Positions 8,775 through 18,680 of a stretch of 35,709 bases of DNA are shown piece after piece. This stretch comes from Yimella sp. (GTDB lineage: Bacteria; Actinomycetota; Actinomycetes; Actinomycetales; Dermatophilaceae): positions 1-35,709 of the forward strand of contig JASLFY010000382.1 in assembly GCA_030150425.1 (NCBI GenBank), in the 5' to 3' direction. A program made the translations under genes and the position numbers. A model generated the notes under the pieces. It did no database searches and was not told the DNA's origin. It worked only from the letters and a program-made list of their open reading frames with translations. Positions within the stretch are counted from its first letter, which is position 1, and every line of letters starts with the position of its first letter.

Positions 8775-10517
8775 ATGACCGCGAAGCCTTCCCACCCCGT
8801 CGCGGTGCAGAGCAGTTTCGACGACCTCGGCACCCCGCTGCTCGACGTCACCTTCGTCGTGCTCGACCTGGAGACGACCGGTGGCGCACCGGCCGCGGAG
8901 AACATCACCGAGATCGGTGCGGTCAAGGTGCGTGGCGGCGAGGTGCTGGGCGAGTTCCAGACGTTGGTGCGTCCCGGGTCGGCGATCCCGGCGTTCGTGT
9001 CGGTGCTGACCGGCATCAGCAACGCGATGGTCGCCACGGCGCCGCGTATCGCCGAGGTGCTGCCGCCCTTCCTGGAGTTCCTCGGCGACGCGGTCGTCGT
9101 CGCCCACAACGCCCCCTACGACGTAGGCTTCCTGAAGGCGGCGTGCAGTTCGCTCGGTCGAAGCTGGCCCCGGCCGGCCGTCGTCGACACCGCCCATCTC
9201 GCCCGTCAACTGGTCACCAACGACGAGGCGCCCAACCGGAAGCTGAGTTCGCTCGCCGCGTTGTTCTCCACCACGACGACGCCCGACCACCGCGCGCTGC
9301 ACGACGCCCGCGCCACCGTCGACGTGCTCCACGCGCTGCTCGGCCGAGTCGGCAACCTCGGCGTCCACACCCTCGAGGAACTGCTCACCTACTCCAAGCG
9401 TGTCTCGCCGCAGCAGCGGCGCAAGCGGGTGCTCGCCGACGATCTGCCGTCCGCGCCGGGTGTCTACGTGTTCAAGGACTCCCGCGGGGAGGTGCTCTAC
9501 GTCGGCACCAGCGTCGACATCCGCAAGCGGGTCCGCTCCTACTTCACCGAGAGCGAGAAACGCACCCGCATGCGGGAGATGGTCCAGCTTGCCCACGAGG
9601 TGACGCCCGTCGTCTGCCAGACGGCCCTCGAGGCGCAGGTACGCGAGTTGCGGCTCATCGCCGAACACAAGCCACGCTTCAACCGACGCTCGCGCTATCC
9701 GGAGCGGGCCGTGTGGATCAAGCTGACCCGTGAGCCCTTCCCCCGCCTGTCCATCGTCAGCTCCGTCCGGGCCGACGCCCTCGGCTACATCGGTCCCTTC
9801 GGCTCCCGGTCGCTGGCCGAACAGGCGGTCCAGGCTCTCCACGACGTCGTCCCGCTGCGGCAGTGCACCAAGCGTCTGTCGACGAAGGCGAACTCCTCCG
9901 CCTGCGCCTTGTTCGACCTGGGCAAGTGCGGGGCGCCGTGCACCGGTGCCCAGTCGGTCGCCGACTACGCGCTGGTCGCCGAGGAGGCGCTGAGGTTGCT
10001 GTCCGACTCGGTCACGCCGGTGGTCGACGGACTGACCGCGCGGATGTCGACGCTCGGCGCGCAGGGACGCTACGAGGACGCCGCCGCCGTACGCGACCGG
10101 TTGCTCGCCTTCGTCCGCGGCGCGGCCCGTGCCCAACGCCTCGCCCCGGTCGCCGAGGCGGCGGAGATCGTCGCCGCGCGGCCCAGTCCGATCGGTGGCT
10201 GGGAAGACGTCTGCGTACGACATGGCCGGTTCGCCGGCACCACCGTGACCCCGCGCGGGGTCGACCCGATGCCGGCCATCGACGCCATGGTCGAGACGGC
10301 GGAGGTCGTCACGCCCCCGGTGCCGCCCAGCGCGGCGGCGCTCCCGGAGGAGGCCGACAAGGTCCTCACCTGGCTGGAACAGCCGGGCGTACGCCTCGTG
10401 CGCAGCGACGCGGATCTGACGTGGTGCTGCCCGGTCGACGGCGCGATGGGCGCGAAGGTCGCCCTCGAGGCGCGCATCGACGCCACCGTCGAGCCGCGCA
10501 CTAAGGTGGCGGTGTGA
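8775..10517 (+). CDS. DEDDh 3'-5' exonuclease fused to UvrC/Cho-like GIY-YIG endonuclease (Rv2191-like)
   Basis: VLDLETTG, AHNAPYD and HRALHDA (DnaQ-like). PGVYVF...LYVGTS...RVRSYF (GIY-YIG). Cys cluster and UVR-like YEDAAAVRDRL. Confidence 0.92.
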   Translation: MTAKPSHPVAVQSSFDDLGTPLLDVTFVVLDLETTGGAPAAENITEIGAVKVRGGEVLGEFQTLVRPGSAIPAFVSVLTGISNAMVATAPRIAEVLPPFLEFLGDAVVVAHNAPYDVGFLKAACSSLGRSWPRPAVVDTAHLARQLVTNDEAPNRKLSSLAALFSTTTTPDHRALHDARATVDVLHALLGRVGNLGVHTLEELLTYSKRVSPQQRRKRVLADDLPSAPGVYVFKDSRGEVLYVGTSVDIRKRVRSYFTESEKRTRMREMVQLAHEVTPVVCQTALEAQVRELRLIAEHKPRFNRRSRYPERAVWIKLTREPFPRLSIVSSVRADALGYIGPFGSRSLAEQAVQALHDVVPLRQCTKRLSTKANSSACALFDLGKCGAPCTGAQSVADYALVAEEALRLLSDSVTPVVDGLTARMSTLGAQGRYEDAAAVRDRLLAFVRGAARAQRLAPVAEAAEIVAARPSPIGGWEDVCVRHGRFAGTTVTPRGVDPMPAIDAMVETAEVVTPPVPPSAAALPEEADKVLTWLEQPGVRLVRSDADLTWCCPVDGAMGAKVALEARIDATVEPRTKVAV

Positions 10518-10795
10518 TCTCCGCCATCGTGATGATTTCCGCAGACGTCCACCGCATCCCCGAGGTCGCCCAGGCGATCGCCGAGATCGACGGGATCTCC
10601 GAGGTCTACTCGGTGACCGGCGACGTCGACCTCATCGCGGTCGCCAAGGTCGAGCGCCACGAGGAATTCGCCGACGTCATCGCCGACCGCCTCAACAAGG
10701 TCGAGGGCGTCATCGACAGCCGTACCCACATCGCATTCCGCACCTACTCGACCGACGACCTCGGCGCCGCGTTCGCGCTCGGGCTCGACGAGTAA
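10514..10795 (+). CDS. Stand-alone Lrp/AsnC ligand-binding domain protein
   Basis: EVYSVTGDVDLIA...THIAF. No HTH. GTGA overlap with upstream stop. Confidence 0.9.
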   Translation: MISAIVMISADVHRIPEVAQAIAEIDGISEVYSVTGDVDLIAVAKVERHEEFADVIADRLNKVEGVIDSRTHIAFRTYSTDDLGAAFALGLDE

Positions 10796-10823
10796 CAGCC
10801 GGCCGGGTCGCTGCTCCCGCGGC

Positions 10824-11891
10824 TCAGGCCCGCTGGGTCGCGGCGATCCACCGGTCGAGCGCCGCCCGCGCCGCACCGGAGTCGATCGCGTCCGCCGCCC
10901 GCCGGATACCCGCCCGCAGCGCGCTGTCGACGTCCGGGTGACCGGCGCCGAAGCGGTCGCCGCCGCTCCCGGCAGCCACCAGGGCCAACGCGACCCCGGC
11001 GTTCAGCAGCACCGCGTCGCGGACCGGTCCGTGCGCGCCTTCGATGACCTGCCGTACGACCGTGGCGTTGTACGCCGCGTCCTGCCCGCGCAGCGCTTCC
11101 AACGGCGCCCGTTCCAGACCCAGCGCGGTCGGGTCGACGACGTGCTGGGTGATCTCACCGTCGTGGATCCACCAGAGGGTCGACGTGGTCGAGAGCGTCA
11201 GCTCGTCGAGCCCGTCGTCGCCGCGGAACACCGCGGCCTGCTGTCCGCGGTCCGCGAAGACACCGGCCACCAGCGGAGCGACCCGCGCATCCGCGACGCC
11301 GACCGCCCGGAAACGGGGGTTCGCCGGGTTGGTCAACGGACCGAGCACGTTGAACGCGGTCGGCACCCCGAGGTCCTTCCGGGTGACCGCCGCGTGGCGC
11401 ATGCTCGGGTGGAAGGTCTGCGCGAAACAGAAGGTGATTCCGGCCTGCTCGACGACGGACGCGACCTGCTCGGGTGTCAGGTCGAGGCGAACACCCAAGG
11501 CCTCCATCACGTCGGCCGCACCGGAGGACGACGAGGACGCGCGGTTGCCGTGCTTGACGATCGTCGCGCCGGCGCCGGCACACACGATGGACGACATCGT
11601 CGAGATGTTGACGGTGTGCGCCCGGTCGCCACCGGTGCCGACGATGTCGAGGGTGTCGCCGTCGACCTCGATCGGGCGGGCGTGGGCGATCATCCGATCG
11701 GCGAGACCGCGCAGTTCGGCGACGCTCTCCCCCTTCGCGCGCAGCGCGACCAGGAATCCGGCGACCTGGGAGTGGCTGGCGTTGCCCGACATGATCTGGT
11801 CCATCGCCCACGAACTGCGGTCCAGGTCGAGGTCCTGACCGGAGATCAACGCGGTCAGCACATCCGCCCAGGTGAACGGCTCGGCCGACAC
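10824..11891 (-). CDS. trpD: Anthranilate phosphoribosyltransferase
   Basis: DIVGTGGD, NISTMS, KHGNR, FNVLGPLTNP, DGLDE motifs. Start refined to GTG 11891. Confidence 0.96.
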   Translation of the reverse strand: MSAEPFTWADVLTALISGQDLDLDRSSWAMDQIMSGNASHSQVAGFLVALRAKGESVAELRGLADRMIAHARPIEVDGDTLDIVGTGGDRAHTVNISTMSSIVCAGAGATIVKHGNRASSSSSGAADVMEALGVRLDLTPEQVASVVEQAGITFCFAQTFHPSMRHAAVTRKDLGVPTAFNVLGPLTNPANPRFRAVGVADARVAPLVAGVFADRGQQAAVFRGDDGLDELTLSTTSTLWWIHDGEITQHVVDPTALGLERAPLEALRGQDAAYNATVVRQVIEGAHGPVRDAVLLNAGVALALVAAGSGGDRFGAGHPDVDSALRAGIRRAADAIDSGAARAALDRWIAATQRA

Positions 11892-11895
11892 GGCG

Positions 11896-12333
11896 TCAGC
11901 TCTGTCGAGCGAGGGTGGCGATGGTGCTGCTGAGCAGCAACGGGTCGATCGGGTGCGGCACCGCCGCCTCCGCCTGGGACCACGACGCCAGCCAGCCATC
12001 GGCGGCCCGCCCGGTCAGCACCAGGATCTTCGGGCAGTCGGCGATCTCGTTCTTCAACTGCCGGGTGAGGCCCAGACCACCGGTCTTGGCCGCCTCGCCG
12101 TCCAGGATCAACAGGTCGAACGACTCCTTCTCGACCGCGTCGATCACGCCGGCGGCGGTGGCGCACTCGCGCCACGACACGATCTCGACGTCCTTCGCCG
12201 GGCGACGCCCGGCACCGACGCGAACCGCGTCCCGCGTGGCGCTGTCGTCGCTGTAGAGCAGCACGGACAGCTGACGCGGACCGGCGGCGGACGGCGCAGC
12301 GGCGCCGGCGGGAACGGGTGCGTTCGAACTCAT
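11896..12333 (-). CDS. Single-domain response-regulator receiver-like protein
   Basis: [28 protein letters not shown]. No output domain. Confidence 0.82.
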   Translation of the reverse strand: MSSNAPVPAGAAAPSAAGPRQLSVLLYSDDSATRDAVRVGAGRRPAKDVEIVSWRECATAAGVIDAVEKESFDLLILDGEAAKTGGLGLTRQLKNEIADCPKILVLTGRAADGWLASWSQAEAAVPHPIDPLLLSSTIATLARQS

Positions 12334-12473
12334 GGGGCGATGCTACCCAAGCCTCGTCCGCCCGCGATGTCGGGGAAGAACTCGGGGAACCTGCGGCGCA
12401 ACGTCGTTCGTTCATCACAAGATGCGACCAAAACCGGGGGTCGCTGCCGCCGGGGTCAGCCGGAGGGGCCATA

Positions 12474-13127
12474 ATGTCGGACGTGGCGACAGCAACTGCA
12501 GCTCAGACGAGTTCCCCCCGAGCCCGTGCCGGGGTGACCCGACCGAACATGACCGCGGTCGGAACGATGGTGTGGCTCTCCAGCGAACTGATGTTCTTCG
12601 CGGGTCTCTTCGCGATGTACTTCACGATCCGCTCGGTGGCCCCCGACCTGTGGCACGACCGCACCGAACACCTCAACGTCCCGTTCGCCGCGGTGAACAC
12701 GTTGATCCTGGTGATCTCCTCGGTGTGGTGCCAGCTCGGTGTCTTCAAGGCCGAGTCCGGCCAGCCGGCCCGCACCGGGTCGCTGCTGCAGCTGGGTTCC
12801 TGGGGCATGCGCGAGTGGTACGTCCTCACCTACATCTTCGGCGCGATCTTCGTGTCCGGCCAGGTGATGGAGTACTCCGAGATGTTCGCCCACGGCATCT
12901 CGATCAACTCCGACGCGTACGGCTCGATGTTCTACATGACGACCGGTTTCCACGGACTTCACGTGACGGCCGGCCTCGTGGCCTTCCTGCTGATCATCGG
13001 GCGCACCTTCACCACCCGGAAGTACACCCACAACCAGGCGACCGGCGCGATTGTCACCTCGTACTACTGGCACTTCGTCGACGTCGTGTGGATCGCCCTG
13101 TTCGCGACGATCTACCTGCTGAAGTGA
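12474..13127 (+). CDS. ctaE: Cytochrome c oxidase (aa3) subunit III
   Basis: [31 protein letters not shown]. True start may be GTG 12483, 7 nt after CATAAT. Confidence 0.96.
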   Translation: MSDVATATAAQTSSPRARAGVTRPNMTAVGTMVWLSSELMFFAGLFAMYFTIRSVAPDLWHDRTEHLNVPFAAVNTLILVISSVWCQLGVFKAESGQPARTGSLLQLGSWGMREWYVLTYIFGAIFVSGQVMEYSEMFAHGISINSDAYGSMFYMTTGFHGLHVTAGLVAFLLIIGRTFTTRKYTHNQATGAIVTSYYWHFVDVVWIALFATIYLLK

Positions 13128-13182
13128 CCGCCGTGAGCTGGTCCCCCATGTCCGTATCCGCCCCGACGACAGGACAGAGCCT

Positions 13183-13974
13183 GTGAGTTCTCTCGCCGCC
13201 CGACGCCGTCACCCGGCCGCCCTCGTGGTCGTGTTGCTGCTCGGTCTGATCATCACCGGTGGCCTGTACGCCGTCTTCGCGCCGAAGAGCGCCGACGCCG
13301 CGTCCGCCACCGCTTCCGCCGACAAGATCAGCCAGGGCAAGGAACTGTTCCTCGCGAACTGCGCCAGCTGCCACGGCACCGCTGCCACCGGCAGCGGCAA
13401 CGGTCCGTCCCTGATCGGCGTGGGCGCCGCCTCCGTCGACTTCCAGGTCGGCACCGGCCGTATGCCCCTGCAGCAGCCGGGTGTCCAGGCGATGCGTAAC
13501 GTCAACGGTGCGCAGTTCACCAGCACCGAGATCGCCGCTCTGTCCGCGTACGTCGCCTCGCTGGGCGACGGCCCGTCGGTCCCGAGCTCGGAGTACACCT
13601 CCGGTGGCGGCAACGTCGCCAAGGGTGGCGAGCTGTTCCGCGTCAACTGCGCGATGTGCCACAACGTCGCCGGCTCCGGTGGTGCGCTCACCCGCGGCAA
13701 GTTCGCGCCGAACCTGATGGACGTCTCCGGCAAGCACGTCTACGAGGCGATGCTGACCGGTCCGCAGTCGATGCCGGTGTTCAACGACACCAACCTGACT
13801 CCCCAGGACAAGAAGGACATCATCTCGTACCTGATGAACGTCCGCACCGAGGCGTCGCAGGGCGGTCACACGCTCGGCAACCTCGGCCCGGTTCCCGAGG
13901 GCATGTTCGCCTGGACGATCTTCATCGGCCTGATGATCGGTGCCGCCGTCTGGCTCGGCCGTAAGGCGGCCTGA
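13183..13974 (+). CDS. qcrC: Cytochrome bcc complex diheme cytochrome c subunit
   Basis: Two CxxCH motifs (CASCH, CAMCH) and a C-terminal TM helix. Confidence 0.96.
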   Translation: MSSLAARRRHPAALVVVLLLGLIITGGLYAVFAPKSADAASATASADKISQGKELFLANCASCHGTAATGSGNGPSLIGVGAASVDFQVGTGRMPLQQPGVQAMRNVNGAQFTSTEIAALSAYVASLGDGPSVPSSEYTSGGGNVAKGGELFRVNCAMCHNVAGSGGALTRGKFAPNLMDVSGKHVYEAMLTGPQSMPVFNDTNLTPQDKKDIISYLMNVRTEASQGGHTLGNLGPVPEGMFAWTIFIGLMIGAAVWLGRKAA

Positions 13975-15071
13975 TGTCCGACCTCACTCCCCCCGCTGAC
14001 AAGGAACCTTCAGTGACCCACTCCGACGAGGCCCCGCACGGCCACGACGTCGTGGCCCACGGCCATGACGGCGCCCTGCCGGAAGCCTTCGAGAATCCCG
14101 GCCTCCCGCCGCACATCCACCGTCACGGTGACGCCGACGAGAAGGCCGCCAAGCGGTCCGAGCGCCAGGTCGCCACCATGTTCGGCCTGTCGATGCTGTT
14201 CACGGTGCTGTTCATCGTGTCGTACTTCGCGATCGGAGCCGACGACATCGTGACCCTGCCGCTGATCGGCCCGACGAAGGCGCTGCACACCGCGCTGGGT
14301 GTCTGCCTCGGCTTCTCGATCCTGTTCATCGGCCTCGGCGCCGTCCACTGGGCCAAGACCCTGATGTCCGACGAGGAGGTCGTCGAGGAGCGTCACGAAC
14401 TGCGCTCGAGCGACGAGACCCGCGAGGGCTTCACCAAGATCCTCACCGACGCCGGTGAGTCGACCCAGATCTTCCGTCGCCCGCTGATCAAGATGACGAT
14501 GGGTGGCGCGCTGGGCCTGTTCGCCCTCCCGCTGGGTCTGCAGGTGCTCGGCTCGTTCGGGCCGATGCCGCACCGCGACCTGGAGACGTCGCTGTGGGAC
14601 TACCCGTACAAGGGCCGTAAGCGCCGCCTGGTGCGCGACCCCGACGGCACCGCGATCCGCCTGTCGGACGTGACCCTCGGTTCCGTCTTCCACGTTCTGC
14701 CCGAAGGCATCGACACCTCGAAGCACCCGATGAACGAGAAGGTAAAGGCCTCCGTCATCCTGGTCAGCCTCGAGGAGGACAAGATCAAGAGCGCCAAGCA
14801 GCGCGAATGGGGCATCGGCGGCGTCGTCGCCTACTCCAAGATCTGCACCCACGTCGGCTGCCCGGTCGGCCTGTACGAGCAGCAGACCCACCACCTGCTC
14901 TGCCCGTGCCACCAGTCGACCTTCGACATGACCGAGGACTGCAAGGTGATCTTCGGCCCGGCCAAGCGGCCGTTGCCGCAGTTGAAGATCTCCGTTGACG
15001 ACGAGGGCTACCTCGTTGCCGACCACGGCTTCAAGCAGGCCGTCGGACCGAGCTTCTGGGAGCGCGCATGA
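13974..15071 (+). CDS. qcrA: Cytochrome bcc complex Rieske Fe-S subunit
   Basis: CTHVGC and CPCHQS Rieske motifs, three TM segments, internal RR. Confidence 0.96.
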   Translation: MSDLTPPADKEPSVTHSDEAPHGHDVVAHGHDGALPEAFENPGLPPHIHRHGDADEKAAKRSERQVATMFGLSMLFTVLFIVSYFAIGADDIVTLPLIGPTKALHTALGVCLGFSILFIGLGAVHWAKTLMSDEEVVEERHELRSSDETREGFTKILTDAGESTQIFRRPLIKMTMGGALGLFALPLGLQVLGSFGPMPHRDLETSLWDYPYKGRKRRLVRDPDGTAIRLSDVTLGSVFHVLPEGIDTSKHPMNEKVKASVILVSLEEDKIKSAKQREWGIGGVVAYSKICTHVGCPVGLYEQQTHHLLCPCHQSTFDMTEDCKVIFGPAKRPLPQLKISVDDEGYLVADHGFKQAVGPSFWERA

Positions 15072-16864
15072 CCGACAACACCCGTCCCGTGAACGACCTG
15101 CGGTCCGACGACCGCACCGACGCGCCGAAGAAGTCCGGCGGACCCGCCGGCGCCATCGGCAACTGGGTCGACGAGCGCACCGGAGCTGCCGGAGCCGGCA
15201 AGTTCCTGATGAAGAAGGTCTTCCCCGACCACTGGTCGTTCATGCTCGGCGAGATCGCGATGTACTCGATGATCGTCGTGCTGATCACCGGCACCTTCCT
15301 GACCTTCTGGTTCGTCCCGAGCATGGGCGAGGTGACCTACAACGGGTCGTACGTCCCGCTGCGCGGCATCCACATGTCCGAGGCGTTCAACTCCACGGTG
15401 AACATCTCGATGGACGTGCGCGGCGGTCTACTGATCCGCCAGATGCACCACTGGGGCGCCCTGGTCTTCCTCGTCGCGATCATGCTGCACATGTTCCGCG
15501 TGTTCTTCACCGGCGCGTTCCGCAAGCCGCGTGAGATCAACTGGATCATCGGTCTGCTGCTGTTCATGCTCGCGATGGTCGAGGGCTTCGCCGGTTACTC
15601 GCTGCCGGACGACCTGCTGTCGGGCACCGGTCTGCGCGCCGCTCAGGGCTTCATCCTGACCATCCCGGTCATCGGCTCGTACATCTCGTACGGCATGTTC
15701 GGTGGCGGCTTCCCCGGCGAGGCGATCATCCCCCGCCTGTTCACCGTCCACGTGCTGCTGATCCCGGCGATCCTGATCGGCCTGTTCACCGCGCACCTGC
15801 TGCTGGTGATGGTGCACAAGCACACCCAGTTCCCTGGACCGGGCCGCACCAACAAGAACGTCGTGGGCTTCCCGCTCATGCCGGTCTACACGGCCAAGGC
15901 CGGTGGCTTCTTCTTCATCGTGTTCGGCATCATCGCGCTGATCTCGGGCCTGGTCTCGATCAACCCGATCTGGCTGTACGGACCGTACGAGCCGACCCAG
16001 GTCACCGCGGGCTCGCAGCCCGACTGGTACATGGGCTTCGCCGACGGTGCGCTGCGTCTGCTGCCGGGCTGGCTGGAGTTCACCCTGGGTGGCCACACCT
16101 ACAGCTTCAACATCATGATCGGCGCCATCCTGCTGATCCCCGCGATGTGGACGCTGATGGGCATCTACCCCTTCCTCGAGCGCTGGGTCACCGGTGACAA
16201 CGAGGAGCACCACCTGCTCGACCGCCCGCGCAACAATCCGACGCGCACCGGTATCGGCATGGCGTTCATCACCTTCTACTTCGTGCTGATGTTCGCCGCC
16301 GGTAACGACCTCATGGCGATCAAGCTGCACCTCTCGATCAACGACATCACCCACTTCTTCCGGGCTGCTGTCTTCATCGCACCGGTGCTGGCGTTCATCG
16401 TGACCAAGCGGCTCTGCCTGAGCCTGCAGCGTCGCGACCGCGACCTGGTGTTGCACGGTCGGGAAACCGGCCGCATCGTCCGGACCGCGGAGGGTCGCTT
16501 CTTCGAGGCGCACGAGCCGCTGGACGAGTACACCCGTTGGCCGCTGGTGGCCTACGCCCGCCACGAGGTGCTGCCGGCCGGTGCTGCCACCGACGCGAAC
16601 GGCGTACGACGCAAGGGTGCTCGTGGCGAGAAGCTGCGCGCCAAGCTGTCGCACTTCTACTTCGCCGACGTGATCAACCCGGTGACCCCGGCCGAACTGG
16701 CCGCGGAGCACCACGAGTCGCACGGGCGGGCCGCTGAGCTCGAGCGCGCGGCGATCGAGGGCGCGAAGTCCCCGGCGTTCGGTCACTTCCGCGGCGCCGG
16801 TAGCGCCCAGGAGCTGAGCGAGAACAGCGCCTACCACCCGCGGGAGACCAGCGACACCCACTGA
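15068..16864 (+). CDS. qcrB: Cytochrome bcc complex cytochrome b subunit
   Basis: FPDHWSFMLGEIA, RQMHHW, QPDWY motifs. Confidence 0.97.
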   Translation: MTDNTRPVNDLRSDDRTDAPKKSGGPAGAIGNWVDERTGAAGAGKFLMKKVFPDHWSFMLGEIAMYSMIVVLITGTFLTFWFVPSMGEVTYNGSYVPLRGIHMSEAFNSTVNISMDVRGGLLIRQMHHWGALVFLVAIMLHMFRVFFTGAFRKPREINWIIGLLLFMLAMVEGFAGYSLPDDLLSGTGLRAAQGFILTIPVIGSYISYGMFGGGFPGEAIIPRLFTVHVLLIPAILIGLFTAHLLLVMVHKHTQFPGPGRTNKNVVGFPLMPVYTAKAGGFFFIVFGIIALISGLVSINPIWLYGPYEPTQVTAGSQPDWYMGFADGALRLLPGWLEFTLGGHTYSFNIMIGAILLIPAMWTLMGIYPFLERWVTGDNEEHHLLDRPRNNPTRTGIGMAFITFYFVLMFAAGNDLMAIKLHLSINDITHFFRAAVFIAPVLAFIVTKRLCLSLQRRDRDLVLHGRETGRIVRTAEGRFFEAHEPLDEYTRWPLVAYARHEVLPAGAATDANGVRRKGARGEKLRAKLSHFYFADVINPVTPAELAAEHHESHGRAAELERAAIEGAKSPAFGHFRGAGSAQELSENSAYHPRETSDTH

Positions 16865-16909
16865 GGGTCCGCTGTCCCCCACGCCTGACACCAGAACCGG
16901 TCACCACCC

Positions 16910-17713
16910 ATGCACAGTGACGTCGACGACGAACTGCTTCAAGGGAGGTGGCCGGTTCGGTGCACCTGGGGTGGATCGGGTGCGCGTTACCTCGCCCACC
17001 ACGCCTCCGCTCCGCTGCTGGCCGTCGTCGTCGACGTGTGCAGCTTCAGCACCACCGTCTCCCTGGCGACCGACCGTGGCGCCGCCGTCTACCCGTACCG
17101 CTGGCGGGACGCGGGCGCCGCTGCCCTCGCGGAGCGGGTCGACGGTGTTCTCGCCGTGCAGCGCCAGGACCGCTCCGCCGGAGACGCACCCGGCGCGCCA
17201 TCCCTCTCCCCCGCGTCCATCGCCGCGGCGGACCCGTTCAAGCGCCTGGTGCTGCCGTCACCGAACGGCTCGACCATCGCGTCCGTGCTGCAGGAACTCG
17301 GCTGCGAGGTCGTCGCCGGCTGCCTGCGCAACGCACGAGCCGTCGGTGAATACTGCGCCGACCACCTGGCGAACAGCGGCGAGGTGCTCGTCGTACCAGC
17401 CGGAGAACGCTGGCCGGACGGCACGCTCCGGGTCGCCAACGAGGACCTCTGGGGTGCCGGCGCCATCCTGTCCGTCATCCCCACCGAGAAGCGCTCCCCC
17501 GAGGCCGAATCGGCGGTCGACGCCTTCCGTGCGGTCAAGCGCAACCTGTCGGTCCGGCTGCGCAGCAGCAGCTCCGGGCTCGAACTGCTCGCCAAGGGCT
17601 ACGGCGACGACGTGAACCTGATCGGCCAGCTCAACGCCAGCGGTTGCGTCCCACGGCTGTCCGACGGGGCCTTCACCGCCGTACGTCGGCGCAACACCGC
17701 CACGACGTCCTGA
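16910..17713 (+). CDS. 2-phosphosulfolactate phosphatase (ComB)-like protein
   Basis: VVDVCSFSTTV, SLSP, SPNGST, GCLRNA, AGERW...EDLWGAGAI, SGLEL motifs. Confidence 0.85.
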   Translation: MHSDVDDELLQGRWPVRCTWGGSGARYLAHHASAPLLAVVVDVCSFSTTVSLATDRGAAVYPYRWRDAGAAALAERVDGVLAVQRQDRSAGDAPGAPSLSPASIAAADPFKRLVLPSPNGSTIASVLQELGCEVVAGCLRNARAVGEYCADHLANSGEVLVVPAGERWPDGTLRVANEDLWGAGAILSVIPTEKRSPEAESAVDAFRAVKRNLSVRLRSSSSGLELLAKGYGDDVNLIGQLNASGCVPRLSDGAFTAVRRRNTATTS

Positions 17714-17771
17714 CCGGCCCGCGCACGGGCCCACGCGCCGCGGACATCGCCCACGTCGGAAGGACCAGCCG

Positions 17772-18146
17772 ATGATCGAACTCTCCGACGAGCAGTTCGA
17801 GGAGGCGGTCGCCGACGCGCTCGACGAGATCCCGCAGGACCTCTTCGACCGACTCGACAACGTCGTCATCCTGATCGAGGACGAACCCACGCCCGAGCAG
17901 TCGGCGGAGAACGCCCCAGGCGGCGAACTGCTCGGGCTCTACGTCGGCATCCCGCTGCCCGCCCGCTCGGACAGCTACCTGTACGGCTCACTCCCGGACC
18001 GCATCTTCCTGTTCCGCGGTCCGCTGCGGCGCGTCTGCCGCACCCGCGACGAACTGGTCCGGCAGATCCGCGTGACGACGCTGCACGAGATCGGCCACTT
18101 CTTCGGCATCGACGACGACCGGCTGCACGAGCTCGGCTGGGGCTGA
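17772..18146 (+). CDS. Zinicin-like minimal metallopeptidase family protein
   Basis: AAGGA RBS. LLGLYVGIPL, PDRIFLFRGP, HEIGHFFGIDDDRLHELGW. Confidence 0.9.
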   Translation: MIELSDEQFEEAVADALDEIPQDLFDRLDNVVILIEDEPTPEQSAENAPGGELLGLYVGIPLPARSDSYLYGSLPDRIFLFRGPLRRVCRTRDELVRQIRVTTLHEIGHFFGIDDDRLHELGWG

Positions 18147-18203
18147 CACGCCCTACCCGGGTGGCCGGACCGGTGAGCCGGAATCCGACGTCCGGCGATC
18201 GAC

Positions 18204-18680
18204 CTACAGACGCTCTGCCTGAGATCGGTCCGCGGCGAAGTAGACCAGGTCGATCAGATCGCTGTGTTCCCGCCGCCACTGTTCGATGTCGTGCGCGTAA
18301 TCGAGCGACAGCGCGACGACCCGGTGGCGATCCTCCGCAATCCAGCCCACACCCACCCCGACGAGACACGGCCGGCCGGGAAACCGATCGGACTCACGAC
18401 CGGGCGCGGACGCCATGACCGCTTGGCACGCCTGCATGGAACCGCCGCTGAGGTCTGGCGGAAGCGAACGATGTACGGCGTCCACGCGAAGGATCGTCCC
18501 GTCCCAGTCACCATCGAGAACGCACAACTGGTCGACCACGGCGAGATGGTCGACGGCAGCGTCCAGCGCAGCTCCAGCGACGCGAAAGCTCAGATCAGGA
18601 TCGGGGTGAACAGGTCCGAATCGCGGGGAGGCTCGGACCACATCGCCGTCCAGCACACCGGTGACGCGCAGGCCGCTCAT
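18204..18680 (-). CDS. Hypothetical protein (no recognisable family)
   Basis: 158-aa ORF from ATG 18680 filling the gap downstream of the cta terminator. More A/T-ending codons than its neighbours. Confidence 0.5.
   Translation of the reverse strand: MSGLRVTGVLDGDVVRASPRFGPVHPDPDLSFRVAGAALDAAVDHLAVVDQLCVLDGDWDGTILRVDAVHRSLPPDLSGGSMQACQAVMASAPGRESDRFPGRPCLVGVGVGWIAEDRHRVVALSLDYAHDIEQWRREHSDLIDLVYFAADRSQAERL

Noticed and set aside
8769..8785. CGAAC next to the DEDD gene start as a LexA SOS box
   Set aside because: Only a half-site. The matching GTTCG at the 4-nt spacing is absent.
7484..9109. 541-aa ORF-track call, and similarly extended calls for aat, the dipeptidase, glycerate kinase and trpD
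   Set aside because: The N-terminal extensions overlap other well-supported genes. Starts were trimmed using motifs, overlaps and -10/RBS signals.
12403..12420. TCACAA upstream of ctaE as a Rex or CRP site
   Set aside because: Only one half-site matches. There is no TTGTGA partner at the right spacing.
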